64,000 nucleotides of DNA from Dimorphilus gyrociliatus (taxonomy: Eukaryota > Animalia > Annelida), in the NCBI GenBank assembly GCA_904063045.1, contig CAJFCJ010000003.1, positions 248,001 through 312,000 on the forward strand. The letters are read 5' to 3'. Below the pieces are notes generated by a model, which was not told where the DNA came from, did no database searches, and saw only the letters and a program-made list of their open reading frames with translations. Shown piece after piece: positions 11,601-25,800 of the stretch (the stretch's first letter is position 1; the number at the start of each line of letters is the position of its first letter). A program made the translations under genes and the position numbers.

Positions 11601-14600
11601 GACGTCTCCAATTTTTCTAAACTGGTAGTTAACTCATTTTTTTCAGCAGGATCGTTTGTATACCGTCGAATATTTGCTAATAATAAAGGAACTTTGGTGC
11701 AGTGTTGCATTGGAGATATTAATAAATCAGTCAATTGTAGTCTGTGGCAACGAATATCACTTTCACACCATTTTTCAAATTCGCAAAAGTCTTCTCTCTT
11801 CCTAAGTTGTTCCAGATAAGTAACTGATTTTCCATAGTTTAAACAATAATTGTGATATACTTCACCATCTCTTGATAGTTGAGAATACTATAGAGGGAAG
11901 AGAAAGAAACAAGAAAAAAAAGAAAATTAGTAGAAATAATAAAAGAGCATATGACAGCCTAATGTCAAGAATGAAAAAAAAACCAATAGGTTATTATACT
12001 AGCAAACATCCTAAGTATATAATTTTTGCAGGAGACTTTGAAATTATACGCATATGTTATAACAAATAACTTGAAATGATGTGTATACAGTATATATTAA
12101 TATGAAAATTCTATATAAAGGATAAGATGTTAGCAGAATTTCACCAGGCTTTGTTATATCTATACGCCTCGTGTGTGTGTTTTTTTTTCATTGTAACGAC
12201 AATAGAAATAGTGTTAATATTTCTTTTTTTATGTATTTTTGAATTATAGGCCTATTGACGTTTTTCCTCTTTTTTTTATAATTCTACTATTCCTTCACCC
12301 ATATTCTCTATACATATTTGATAAGATAAAATAATGGAAGGAAAATCCATAGTTTTTTCTGTATTTATATAGAATAGCCGTTTAAAATTACGTGGACTAA
12401 AGTCAATTTGATGGTGTAAAGCTCAAATTTCGATTGGAATCGTTAAATCGATAATTGATTCCTTCTATAATTAAATTAAAGAGATTTTTATATACCTAAT
12501 ACTTATAAAGGAAACCAATTTCGTTTGTATATATTAATATATAACTCTGTGTATTTATACGCCAGAGTGGCAATGTATGTTTAATAGTACTTGTGTAGGT
12601 GAATATACATATATATGTATACACACACACACACACACACCTATATATATATATATATAAATATACAGTATACATAAAGTGTAGGCAATAGGTTAAGGAT
12701 ATGAGTGTTTATATAATGAAGAAAAGTTAAGAGAGGAGAGTAGAAAGCAAATTAGAAAACAACTAACCCTTTTTAAAACTTGTAAAACAACAACAGTCCT
12801 GCCGAATTCTGACGGACTAGCGTCTTTGAGCAAGAAAGATATAAAATCTCTACAAAAAGTATAGCTGACGTAGCAAAGTTCATCCAGATTATTAAATAAA
12901 TCAGCTGGTTCTGCGAACATTAAATGACCTTCTACCTGCACCTTTTTTAACGGTTCCATAAAACACTGTTTTCGATAAAAAGAAGTAGGTTAAAAAGAAG
13001 AATGAAATATTATATTATTGACTTAAAGTTTGATAAAACAGAAAAAGGTCGAATAATATAAAACTAACGTGCTTTAAAACCATGATATGATCAACAAGAA
13101 AAACACATTCACTTCTAAAAAATTCCCAAACGGCTTCTCTTCGTTTTCTTTCCGTGTCCGTTATTTCATCCGTTTGTTCTTCTTTTACGGCTGTTTTATC
13201 TTTACTCGCGAATAAGTCTGACCAGTGCAGATCCTTAAAAGCATAAAAGATTACTCGTAAATTTGTAGACTTATATTGTTAATGTTCTTTTTGAAATGAG
13301 AGAGCAATTATAATCCTTATTCGTTTAACAGAAATGTATAGTAGGTGAAACCCTTAACCGTATATTCATTTACTTGAAGCTGCTTTTCTCCTTATACTTT
13401 ATGTTAAATAAGATTGTTTACTTAGGCTTACATCGCTTTGAAAATGAAAATAAATAATACAACTTGTCTTAGCTGCTCCTATCCTCTCTATACAATTCAG
13501 TTATTGTAGTAATACTAGTCTGTTTCTGTTTTTTCATCTAATTTATCAACTTATTCATTCTCTCATCCTTCTTTCCGCTTTCTATTGTCTTTATTTATTT
13601 ATTTATGCATTTCACCTTTGTTTGCGTCTCTGCCCGCCTTATCAACCTACCTTGTACGTTACCAGCGCATTATCCTTAAAGTGAGACGCTTTTATAGAAT
13701 GTAATACATCTTCCAATGCTGATAGAGTCTCTCGAGTCTTTGACTTTTTGTCAATGAGTTTCAGGAGAGAGAATGTTCCTTTTAATTTTTTCGTGTCTGT
13801 ACGAAAGGAAGAAGAGAAACGTCATAAGAACACGTCAATTTATTAAAATTTATTTTATATAAATATTAATAAAGGAAAGTTAAATAGACTGGTTAAATGA
13901 AGATATTACAAAAGATAATGTAATGTAGAATTTCGATTATGGGGAAAATAAATAAGTTAAAAGGAGAAAAGAGAAGCGAATTGTGGTTTATTGCAGATTA
14001 ATATGGATTTTTTCCCTTTTATTGCGTAAGGAACGTATTTTTGCTGCTCTGTACATATTCATACGCCGTCATTTTTACACTCTCTACTGGAGTTTAAGTG
14101 AAAACGATTGTCGTATTCATTAGGAATATCTTTAAAATGATTAAATCATAAATGTCATTATTAATAATTATAGAAAACAAGTGAGGCAACTAAGGAGCTT
14201 TAAACGAAGGAAATCTATTTCTATGTCATATTAAATGATATTGAAGGAAAGGGGAAACAAGGTAAATCCAATTACAGATGATTTATCTCTATTTTCATAG
14301 TATCTAAAATAGAATAGAGATATTTCTGAATACCACAAATTCTTGAAATAAGTAAAATATTCTTTCTTCTTTCAATCTAATAGAAATAATATGAAAATTT
14401 CCAATAATTTTTGTTTTCCTTCCATTTTATCGTTGAATGATGGTTATTTTATCTCGTTCAATGTCCTAATAAATACTCTTACTCATAGTTAATTCATGGG
14501 CTTCATCTTTCTTTTTACGCTACGCTAAACTTATAAATACAACTATAAATATATACTAATTTATGTATCTTTTCCTTCAATTCTCTCCCTTTTTTCCGTT

Positions 14601-14662
14601 TTTTCTTGTAACAATAACTAATGCATAGATTGCTTGTTGGTGTTGTATATACATACATTATA

Positions 14663-14715
<53 letters not shown>

Positions 14716-17700
14716 CTGAATATTTATTCATTAATATACTATTTGTTGTACAGTAGTTGCATGAATTATAAATAAATGTGTCATATGTACCTTTACATTC
14801 TTTCGTCTATAATATATATATATATATATATACATATACAACTACTATTAGTTTTAAAGGTTTGCCACAAATGCACGAGATTTACATTGTGTATCAGTAT
14901 ACACCACTTATACGTCCATTTCGGCTTGAGTACTTTCCTCATATTTTTTTTTCAACCTTCAGAACTACAACCTACAAAATACTCTAGAAAGAGAAGGTAT
15001 TGGAGAGAAAAGATCCTTGCGTGACGGCAATAGCAACTACAGCTCAATGTCGACCTAAATTAGCTTGTATATAGAGTTATATAGAGCCCGGAGCGTTGAG
15101 TCTGAGAAATGATAAGTTTTATAGGCCTGTATACTTTACCTTGATCGGCTAATAAGTTTGATGTAGACGCGGCGTGTAAAGCTGTCGTTGCAGCAAAGTC
15201 GGCTATTGTGGCCCTTTTTATCAAAACTTTTCTTGGATGTCGACCAGTTTTCGGTGCTTGATTTAGCTTAGGTTTTGGTACTGTAAACGCAAATGATTAA
15301 TTAATAAGTTAACTAATTAATTGATGATAATATTTTATAGAGATAATTAGTTTTAATTAGTAAGTCGAAATAAACGATAATAAATGTTAAAGATAACAAA
15401 TAATATTAACTAATTAAAGGTAGGGAATATTTAGAAGAAGAGGAAAAGTAATAAGAGGAGGACAAGGAGTAAAGAGAAGAGAGTGAAAATTATCTGAATT
15501 ATTCAGTCTTTAAATACACAAAGCTATATTTATAACATACAGTAAACGGTGGTAAACAGGTTAGATAAGTGATTATAAAAACAACTGTCTATAATAAAAG
15601 GCTAATTTTTGCCTTTTAAGGTTAAATTACCTTTTGCAGTACACCGTTTAAAAAACTGATAATTCTACTGTAAAAGTATTTATACTGTATATACAGTATA
15701 TAAATATATACTTTTCTATATTGTTACACAGTGATTCTTTGTAGTCTAGTCCTATTCTTTCTAATCTATTCTATTTAAGAAATATGGACAGATATCATAT
15801 CTTATTCATTATATTCTTTAATCTTATCAAATAAACAGTCAGGAAGTAGTTGGGATAATTTTTTCGTTGTAGAAAAGTTAAAATGATGACGATATCATCG
15901 TATAATCGAAAAGACATGGTAAATTTACTATAGAGTTAACAAACAAAACGTAAATGTTATACAGTTCATGGTAAAGGTTAAAATTTCAATTTTCCCTATT
16001 CATTTTCTAATTGTTTATCCTCGTTATACTTAAATTTGTTCGAAAATTGCGAAATATAGAGGATATACAGTATATATACTAATATATATATATATATACA
16101 GAATATACTGTATATATAGAATCCGTTATTCTTTCAACTCTTTTTGTTTTTCTACACTTAGACTGCGTAAGCGAATTATTTAAAAAAAGTCTCAAGTTAT
16201 CAAGAATGGTTCGTCTTACAAGAAAAAGCTCTCTAATGCGAGTGTGATATGCTATCGTCTCGTTGAGCCACACGGACTTAATTTCGTTCCTCTAACCTCT
16301 TCTCTCTCCCTCTTCTCTTTTATCCTCTATCTATTCTATTCCGCTAATAATATTTTAAAGAAGAAAAACAATAAACTATTACTGCTAAATTTTTCACTTT
16401 CCTTTGTTTAACAAGATTTATGGGCGAAAAAATTTTTCATTTCCGTTTCCATTTTTTGCTTCAATGCTTTTTAAACAGTGTAATTAAAATTTCATTTAGG
16501 TCGATTAAGAAATTTACTCTTTTTCTCTTCCCTTCTCCACTTTCTCAGTGAACGTAGAAAACTGTCGGTGAAGGAAGGGAAGAGCGAGAAACAGCGGAAT
16601 ATGAACCAACTACAAATAATCTTTACTTGTCATTTTGTTTTACTTTAAGTAAGAATGCATTTATCTTAAATTAGACGAGAGTTTCTTTTTAAATTTGTTG
16701 CTTTAAGTTGCTTTATTTTGTCATTTTCTTAATCCTTTCTCGAGTATGTTTAGTGGGATTCTAATCTCTGAGTTTAGACATCTGGTTTTTGCAGGCGGAA
16801 AACACGTGACCGATAGCTAGAGAATAGGAGAGCAACAGAGGGTAAACGAGTGAAAAGAGAGAAATATAGAGAGATAGATAGTTAGATAGATAGATTTCAG
16901 AAAATTTTGGCCTATCAGGGAGCGACCTGGGTTATTTAAAAGATTCCAGGATAAAACCAATTATTTATTTATTAAACAAAAATCTAACAGAAGAAGCGAG
17001 AAAAGGAAGAGAGCAAGGTTTAAAAATTTATGAAACGTCATAGTGAAAGATAAAAGGACTAGAATGACGTGTAATTTTCCAGTATTTTTACATCCATAAA
17101 CGGGGAGTTCAGTGTACAAGGATAGAATAAAATTTGATTTACTCCAAGCTGACAGTAACATCTCTCTAACATTTTATTGCGCCAATAGAAAAAGACGGTA
17201 ACTGTATTTATTCGTCAGTTTACTTTTCTATTATTTTATACTTTCTTTGATGATAAGAAATTTTCGTAAATGACTTTATAAAAGAGAAAATAAAGTCATT
17301 ATTTCGCTCAAGTAATTTTAATCCATTTCAAATACTTTTTAAGCTTTATTTTCCCCGATACACTTCCTCGTCGACACTATCCTCTCTTTTCCTATATCTA
17401 ATTTTATCTTGTCAGCAAAACCTATCCTCTGTCCCTTTATCCTACAGTCTTTTTTTAGCCTTAATAATTTTTTCTTCCTTCACAGTAGCGTAGCTACTTT
17501 TGACAAAAATTACCATCAATAGCTCAGATTTCTTTGACAGTTCTAGCGTCTTTTATTATTATTATTCCCCTTAAGATTATCGTTAATCTATGATTTATAA
17601 GGAAAAAGGAGAAAAAAATCTTACACGGTAAACAATGAGTTAATTTTTAAACAAGGACATTGTTTGCATAATGGAATTTGTTTAGTAGAAGGACTATATA

Positions 17701-19786
17701 ATACTATATAACACCTTTACGTATGTACCGCATATAATATCTTATATACAGTATAGTATATGCTAATTAGTTTATTTGTTTATTCTTAAGCAAGTAAATT
17801 CTTGTAAATTTAACCTTTAAACAATATGAAATAAAATCTGTAATCTTTTGTTTTTTTGTAAAAAAAAAAACTAATAATATTAATTATTACCCCAAAATTG
17901 GAAAGACGACAAAATATTTATTAACTCACTTGATGCTAACAAATCTCCTGGGTAATTAACGCCTAAATCCACAGAACTTCTCTTCCTACCCATTCGTCCG
18001 TCGTCACCCTCATCACAGGAGTTGTTTGGTGATATATCTTCTGGAGCAGCTGCCAAACCCAAACTCTAAGAGATGACGGAATACAGTACAAATTAGACTT
18101 CTTATTAACAATTTATAATTAATTAATATTCAATAATAAGAGAGCAAATAAGAATAAGTTGAACATACAAGCGATATATTTTTTGCACTGACCATATAGT
18201 TGAACAAAAGAGTATCTATTTTATATACAATATCTATATACACACTATATAGAATATTTTATTCTTAGTACAGAAAAAATCACAACTAGCATTACGTTAA
18301 AGTTATTAGTCAACTGGTTTAACAAGTTAGTCAGCTGAAATGATTGATTAATTATTTAATTAATAATATCAACCATTTTGTTATCATTAAAGAAAACTAA
18401 TTCGCTATTGTTTGATTGTTCAAACAATATATGAATATTTCATTATAATTCTTCATTTATACAATAATTTTTAGTAGCAGTGTCTTAATGAATAGTATTT
18501 GAAAGACAAGTGGTGAGAAAGAGAGATAGTATATATATATATATATGTGCGTATGTGTATGTGAGATAGAGAGAGAGAGAGAGAGAGAGAGGAAATTTTC
18601 ATTTGATTTATAGGTTTATTCTTCATAGAGTTTATAAATGTCCGTTTTGAAATTTATTGGGAGAATGAAAAGAATAGTTCAAGTTGACTATAAATTTTTA
18701 AATCAACAGTTGAAAATGTAATACAATTTAATAGTATATTGTTGAAAGAATGCCAAAAATGAGAAATATACCTGTTCGATTATGTATTAAATGGAATTTC
18801 ATAAAGGTTAAAAATGTATCTTTAAGTAAAAAGATCTGTTAAAAGTTTACGGAATATATTTCCAAGTAGGCAGCTGTTAGTTATATACATTTTAATTTGT
18901 TGGTGCAGCTGGTTTAAGCTCTATTATCCTCCTTCCCTTCTCGCTCACTCCCTCCGTCTGTCCCCTACTTGCCTGACTAACCGTTGTCTTTATGTAATTG
19001 ATTACGTAATTTACGTTAAAAAATAATCGATTAAGAAAAAGACAATTTTTTGAATAATATATATTATGAATATTAATTAGGATAGAAAATTTACTTAATA
19101 CTAAGAACGCTTAAAATCAATTTTGCTATAGTTGGTAATACAATTCCCTTTCTGTTTATCAAAGCTTCACGCCCCATCCTAATAGTGTTGAAGTACTTGC
19201 CCTTCACAGTCGTGCTACTAATACAAACGTTTCGAGCTAAAAATAGGTATCTTTATGAAAAAATTATGCTCGATATGTTTTTTAAGTCTATTAGTAAAGT
19301 AAACGAATCATTAAATGTTTTTTAAAAACTGACTTTACATTGACAAAAAGCATTTTTAAAACTCTTCTATGTACAAAAATCTTTTCAATGAATAGTGTCT
19401 TTTTTTTTCTTTTTAGTCCGATTAAAATACTTTACACATGTGTAGTGTACTGTAAACTTTATACAATCCTACATACTCAGAAAGTTTGTAAACCGCTAGA
19501 AAACCAGGCGCCATTTGTTTGACATACGTTTCATTCTCACTGAGCACCAAACCTGTTGACAAACAATAAGTTCCAGGCCTAATTGCAAGCTAGCCATCGT
19601 TCTATAGTCTACAAACAACCGTAATGGAAGTTTGTCGCGAGTTTTTGAGTAGTGCTTCCGGTTCGAAAAAAGCGGTCGATCTAGGATATCGGGGTTATTC
19701 TTTAATCTAACCTTGACCCTTATCAATTTTTTAAATACAGTTTGTTCCTAAGGGTTTTTTACTTGAGAAGCGAAGAAAATAATCTA

Positions 19787-19832
<46 letters not shown>

Positions 19833-22800
19833 TATATATACTTCATAGAAAACTTTGCCTATTAAGCGATATATTTAATGTATAGAATAGGTTATTACGT
19901 CATCTACACACTTTCAATACGGATTTTTAATGATTATTAATAGAATTAAATGAAGATGGACAGAGAAATAAAAAACGGAAGCGAGTAGGCTGGAGGACTG
20001 TGGTTGGAGAAACGGAGAGAAAGAGAGGAGGAAGAATAAGAGTAAAAAGAAAGAGAAAGAAAGGAAAGGAATAAAAAGTAGAAGAAAAAAAAAAAGAAAG
20101 AGAAAGAAGGAAAATAATAAATAAGCCAAAAAAAAAAGAAGAAAAAGTCCATCTGTAGAAAAAGCTTTGAACAAAAAAAATTGAAGAACTTTGATTTTTA
20201 TTCTTGGACCAAATTAGTAAGCTAATAATTTTTTTAATAAGATTCTTTAAAGAGAGAAAAATTTACTAATGAGGTTGTGCCTGACCACTTTCAGACACAG
20301 TGATCGCTTTCGCGTGAGATATGCCTTTCATTGATTATTGCAATATCTACAACTTTTCTTCCTTTATCTCTCTCTCTCTCTCGCTCTCTCTCCCACTCAT
20401 TCTCTCTTTCTCTTCCTTTATCCGCTTTATTTCCGTTCGCTTATAATTTAGCGTATACAAATGTACAGTATGTGTATATAAGTACATGTAGCGTATCCAT
20501 TAGCCAATAGGTTGCTCAAGTATTTACATATATATAGAAATTGGCTATGCCTATTGAAATATGACTAGCTGAATCGTAATATTGAGCTTTACCTTATCCA
20601 AGTTAAACTCGTACTTGAGTGTTTTTAACAAACCTTCCTCTTCTATTAATTATTATAGAAGAAAAAAAAAATGTTCTACTTTCTCATTTATAATAAAGCA
20701 ATTATAAAAATAAAACGAAATCTCTAGCGGATTTTTACAAGACTAACAATTACCTTAGAATCGAATTTGGCTTGACGTCTTACTCTCTGCCTTATTGGAG
20801 GACTTGGTTCTGTGTCACTTTCATCCGATGTAAATCCACCATGTCCCTGACCTTGCTTTGTTCTTCTTACCTTTGAAATTTAAAAGAGAATATTGAGAAA
20901 ATTATTTCTTTTAAAATAGTCATTACAGATTTCTTTTTCCTAAGAAGTTTAAGTTCATCAATTTCATCAATTTCATAACAAGTTTCTAAATCATCTGTAT
21001 CGAACGATTTGCGGTGTCGGTTCCAAGTTCTTCTCTTCCACGTGCTTAATGTATACGATTGCATTTTCAAACGTCGACTGGCGTCTAAAACGTAGAACCA
21101 GTCTACGCTAATTCCATGACGTCATTGACTTTTCGTATCATTTTTAACCGTGTATGTATATAATTCATAAAGCGGGGAGGTGAAAAAATAAGAAATATTA
21201 CCTGTTTATTATGGGGAACAGATAATAGATTGGTTGCAGAGTCACTACTATCGATGGCTGTACTTTTAGAAGCTGAAAGCACATGAAAAGTAAGAGAAAA
21301 GAAACATTAAATTTTAAATGAACGAATCAAATAAAATGACAGAGAAAGAGAGAAAGAGAGAAAGCGCGTTAAACAATTTGATAATTAAGTTATATTAATA
21401 GTAGTTTATCCCCCTTTTCATTTATCTCACTCTAAACGCTACCCGTGTGAGAGATGGCAAAAGCGTACAACTAGCACCATCTACAGGAGCAATAGGCGTT
21501 AGTACAAAATATCTATAGGTTGTATATGTATATTTATTTATATTAGATATATATAAACTTTATATAAACCGTATAAATTTATATAGCTTTATTAATGAAA
21601 AGAATTTAATCCTAGGAACAAATGATAAAAAATATAACTGTTCTCTAACGACTGTTGAATGACTTTTATTAAGCGCAAAAACTGACAGGGAAGAGGATGA
21701 AAAGAGGGGGAAAAATGATTAACAATTTTTTTTGAGGCGGCGTCAACTAAAGCTTTTATTTATTTCTATATTCACTTAATTTCTAATGAAAAAAAATGAA
21801 TAAAAAAAAAAAAAGAGACTAAAATGAATTTTGGATAATATTGGCACTGGTGTTGTTAGCAGGCGGCATTTTTTGGCGGACGTAATTTAGCGAAAATGTC
21901 AGGCGTTATTGTTGCTGCTGTCGCCTTGATAATTTTGACCTGAATAAAAATCTATCTAGTTCTACCCTACTATTGTAAATAATTTAAAAATAAAAACATG
22001 AGCTAATTATAACATCAAAATAATTGATTATCAAATATAAATAGTTAATCATTAGCGTCCTTGTAATAAATTTGAAATGAATAGGAAAAGATGAGAAAAA
22101 GAACGATAAATGAATTTCTTTTAATTCTTTTTAAAAACTAGACAAACTAACGTTTATGATAAAAGAAGAGAAAGGAATCAATTACGATTGTTGAAAAATT
22201 TCCTTTCCTGATTTTCTCTCTCTCTCTCTCTCTCTATCTATCTCTATCTCTTTAAATTCTATTTATGTTAATTTGCAATCAATACAGACAGATATAATAT
22301 AGAGATTTTTTTTTACCATCGTCTCTTTATCCTTTATCAGAGTAGATGGAATCGTTTCCTATCCCTTAAATTAACATGCAAGCCCTGTCCTTAACAGATA
22401 CTTTTATGGTAACTCTTAAATGTAAGATTGATTTAATATGCGCTTAATGTACATACTCTTCAACAATACATAAAAAAATGTATACAAAAGCAAACGTTTG
22501 CCCCTTAATAAGTTCGCCCTATATCTATAACAGGGATTTTAACCGTATTACATCACGTTCCGCCAAGATTAAAAACCTAGTATTGTCAGGTGAAATTGAC
22601 GATAAAATTTTCAGGAATAGTATAAATATAAGGTAATAAACGCGTAATATTCATTTATATACATTGTGAATATAATCTATTCTCGCGCCTTTTTATTCTA
22701 CTTTTTCATTCGTCTATTTCCTCCGTGTTCTGCGTCTGCTTCTCCTCCTCTTCCTCCTCCTCTTCTCCCCTCCCTTCTTTTTCTAATTACTGCTTATTTC

Positions 22801-25800
22801 TACGTTTTGTTCTTTACAAATAATAGTCTTTTAAAAAGTTTCCTATTTTAATCGAAGGTGTGGAACTGGAAAGAAAAAGCTAGTATAATTTTCTTGTTTA
22901 CACGCTTTAACAAATAGATACGAGTTGAGTTGTTAGTCACACATGTGTTCTATTTAGTCTTAAATCTTATATAATATAATTAACATGACTATTATTATAT
23001 GAATACTCTATTAAAACATATGCTAAACGCTTTACTCTAATCAGTACATACAATGTTGTGATAGTTGCATACTTGGACGAATGGTAATAGTCGACAATAA
23101 GCCATAGGATAATGCAATATCACATGTTATGATGGTAAATTTTCTCTACACTTGGAGTTTTCTTCTAAAGGTAACACATATCCATATGAAAGTATTAGTT
23201 TACGTTGCAGGCCTTTCATGACTTAGTAAAAGTAGCAAACTCTAAGGGAAATATTGAGCAGAGGGAAAGGGGAAAGGGTGATAATCATGTTGTTTATTTT
23301 CATAATTATCAGATTTTTTTTTCATAAAGAAAGAAAAAACGTAAAGAAAAACACAGGTTAATTACAAGGAAAATTAGTTTGCAAATGCTAGTTTATTGTA
23401 AGGTCGGGTACAAGTAGATGGTGAATATTCCGTACAATGAATTCGCATTATACGCTTATTTCACCCTTTTATTTAATAGATTTTATATATACATCTATAT
23501 ATATATATATATATATAAAATCTATATATATATATACACTATATATAATATATGCGCAATATTTCAACAATAATCTATACATTTTTAGTAAACCGTGTAA
23601 AGATCATCACGTTATGTTACTTTTTGTAGTTGACCTGAATAAAAACACCAGTTACACTAGTTTGTCAAAAGGTGACGAACTACAGTCAACAATGTATCTG
23701 TACTTTTAAGGTATCTGCAGCCTTTTATCTTTCATGCACGAAGTAAAAATGTCTCGCCTAATGGTTAATTCAGGTTGAAAAAAAGATGACAAAACAGACA
23801 AACTTACAGATTTTGCGATAGGACGAAGATTTTGCTCTGTTTGAACTATTAAATCCAATAATCGCTTTGCAAAGTACTGACCATCTCATTTTTTGAGATG
23901 GATAACTTCAATTTTCAAAATTAGCTACAAGAAATCAGAATTTTTTTCTCTTAATCGCTTGGCCGTCCGCACGGTTCTGAGCGCCGGAAAATCTGTGACG
24001 TCATAAGTCGACGCCAACTAGACGCTGGTTTGTCCATCGTTACCACTAGGCACACGAGGAAAAATCAAGAAAGAAGATTTTCTTTTAAAAATATATAACT
24101 TAATAAGACGGGTAATCGTATTAGGTAATTATCAATTTCCGTTTGTCATTAGTGCATGCGTACGGTTGTGTTTTGATTAATACTAAAAAATAGTTACTTT
24201 GAGGTCAGAAATGCATATGTTGTGGATGGTTTATGAAATGAGAAATGAGAAATTTTCTCGTTTTTGTAGGTTAAGAGAAAGGGTTGAAAAGGTAGAGAAG
24301 GGGGTAAGGAAATAGTATAGAAAGGTATAATGAATAGCTTGGAGAGAGAACAGTCCAGATATCTTTAATTAGTTTACCGATTTTTTATGTTTATTCTCTT
24401 CTTTTTACAAACTAAAATACTTTTAATTGATTGAAAAAAAAGAGACGCTTAACAAACAATTAATTCTTAGTAATTATCTTGCCAAAGTTTTTCTCTTTTT
24501 CGGTTTACTATTCTATCTAGCATAATAAAGAAAAGTTTTCTTTCTATAAGGCAAATCAAATAACGATACTCTCTAACGAGGGAAAAGGTGAGCGAGTGAG
24601 TGAGTGAGTGAGTGAGAGAGAGAGAGAGAGAGAGAGATTGTGACAGACTCACATACAAACAGACCGGGCAGGGAATAGGACAAAATTATAAATATAGAAA
24701 AAGACCAAAGGGACAAAAGAGACGGTCGGTTATGTATATAGTTTAAATGTATTATATAGATTACACATTTCTCTCATGTACCGTACTTTCGCTAATGTAA
24801 AATTGGTAAATAATTTTTTGTAATAAGAAGAGATAAGGTTGTAAAACCTTTTTTTAAAAGCCACAAGAAAAGCATTATTGGAAAAGAACATAGGTCACAA
24901 TAGGTCATGTATTTCATATATAACGTTTTAGCATTTTACTATAAATTTCATTCTATCTTTCTTTTATAACTACGCATAATTAACGAATAGATGAGAATGA
25001 AAAGTTACATATAATTATTAGGAATTAAGGGAATTACGCTATCTCTCAGCTATGCTATAGCGTTTAATATGTCACGAAACAACAATTTTGATTTTCCCCC
25101 TTTCTCTCCTTAACTTTTTATGGTGTTTATTGCTTAGATTGACGTCGAGAATTTTTCACCGAAACTCTCTTTTCCTTTGCCTTGTCAGAAAAACTCGTTT
25201 CACTTAGGTCTTACTAAAATTCATGGAAACTATTTAGCCAAGAGCATCTTCTACACAACTATCCGTAAAAGCTATACTATCATCTTCCCTAGCAGGCTGT
25301 ATGCAGTATATATATTTATATAAATTAAATTATTGGATGATTTTCAATAATTGTAGACTTATACTTTTCCAAAGACGCATATTGTGCAATAAGAAATTGT
25401 GAATAATAAGATTATATTTTTCTCTGCCTCTTTCTGTTTCTTTTTCCCTATCACTATCGGTCTCTGTCTCTGTGTCTGTTTCTCTGCCTTTGCCTTTGCT
25501 CTACTCCTGCCTCTCTGCCTCTCTCCTCCTCCTCCTCCTCCTTTCTCTTTCCCCCTCTCTCACTCACTCACTCACTCACTCACTTACTTACTCACTCACT
25601 CACTCGCTCTAGCAAACACTTTTTCTTCTTTATATGAAGGGAAAAGTAAAAAAATTACAGAGTTAAACTTTGACTTTTTCTTTCATTTTATTTTTAAGTA
25701 AATACTGAAAAATTGCTACTTAAGAAGTCTAAGTAGACGTATTCAATTTCATGAAACGCTTGCTACTAATCTAAGGATCACATGACCTATTCTTCATAAT

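Noticed and set aside
14990-15105. Exon-like GC-richer segment just downstream of exon 15140
   Set aside because: Every acceptor and frame tried hits a stop, and the model is complete without it (15140 joins 13796 in phase 1).
21840-21939. GC-rich block behind a good minus-strand acceptor (21940-21941)
   Set aside because: All three frames close within 28 codons and I found no convincing donor. It could be a UTR or poison exon but is unsupported.
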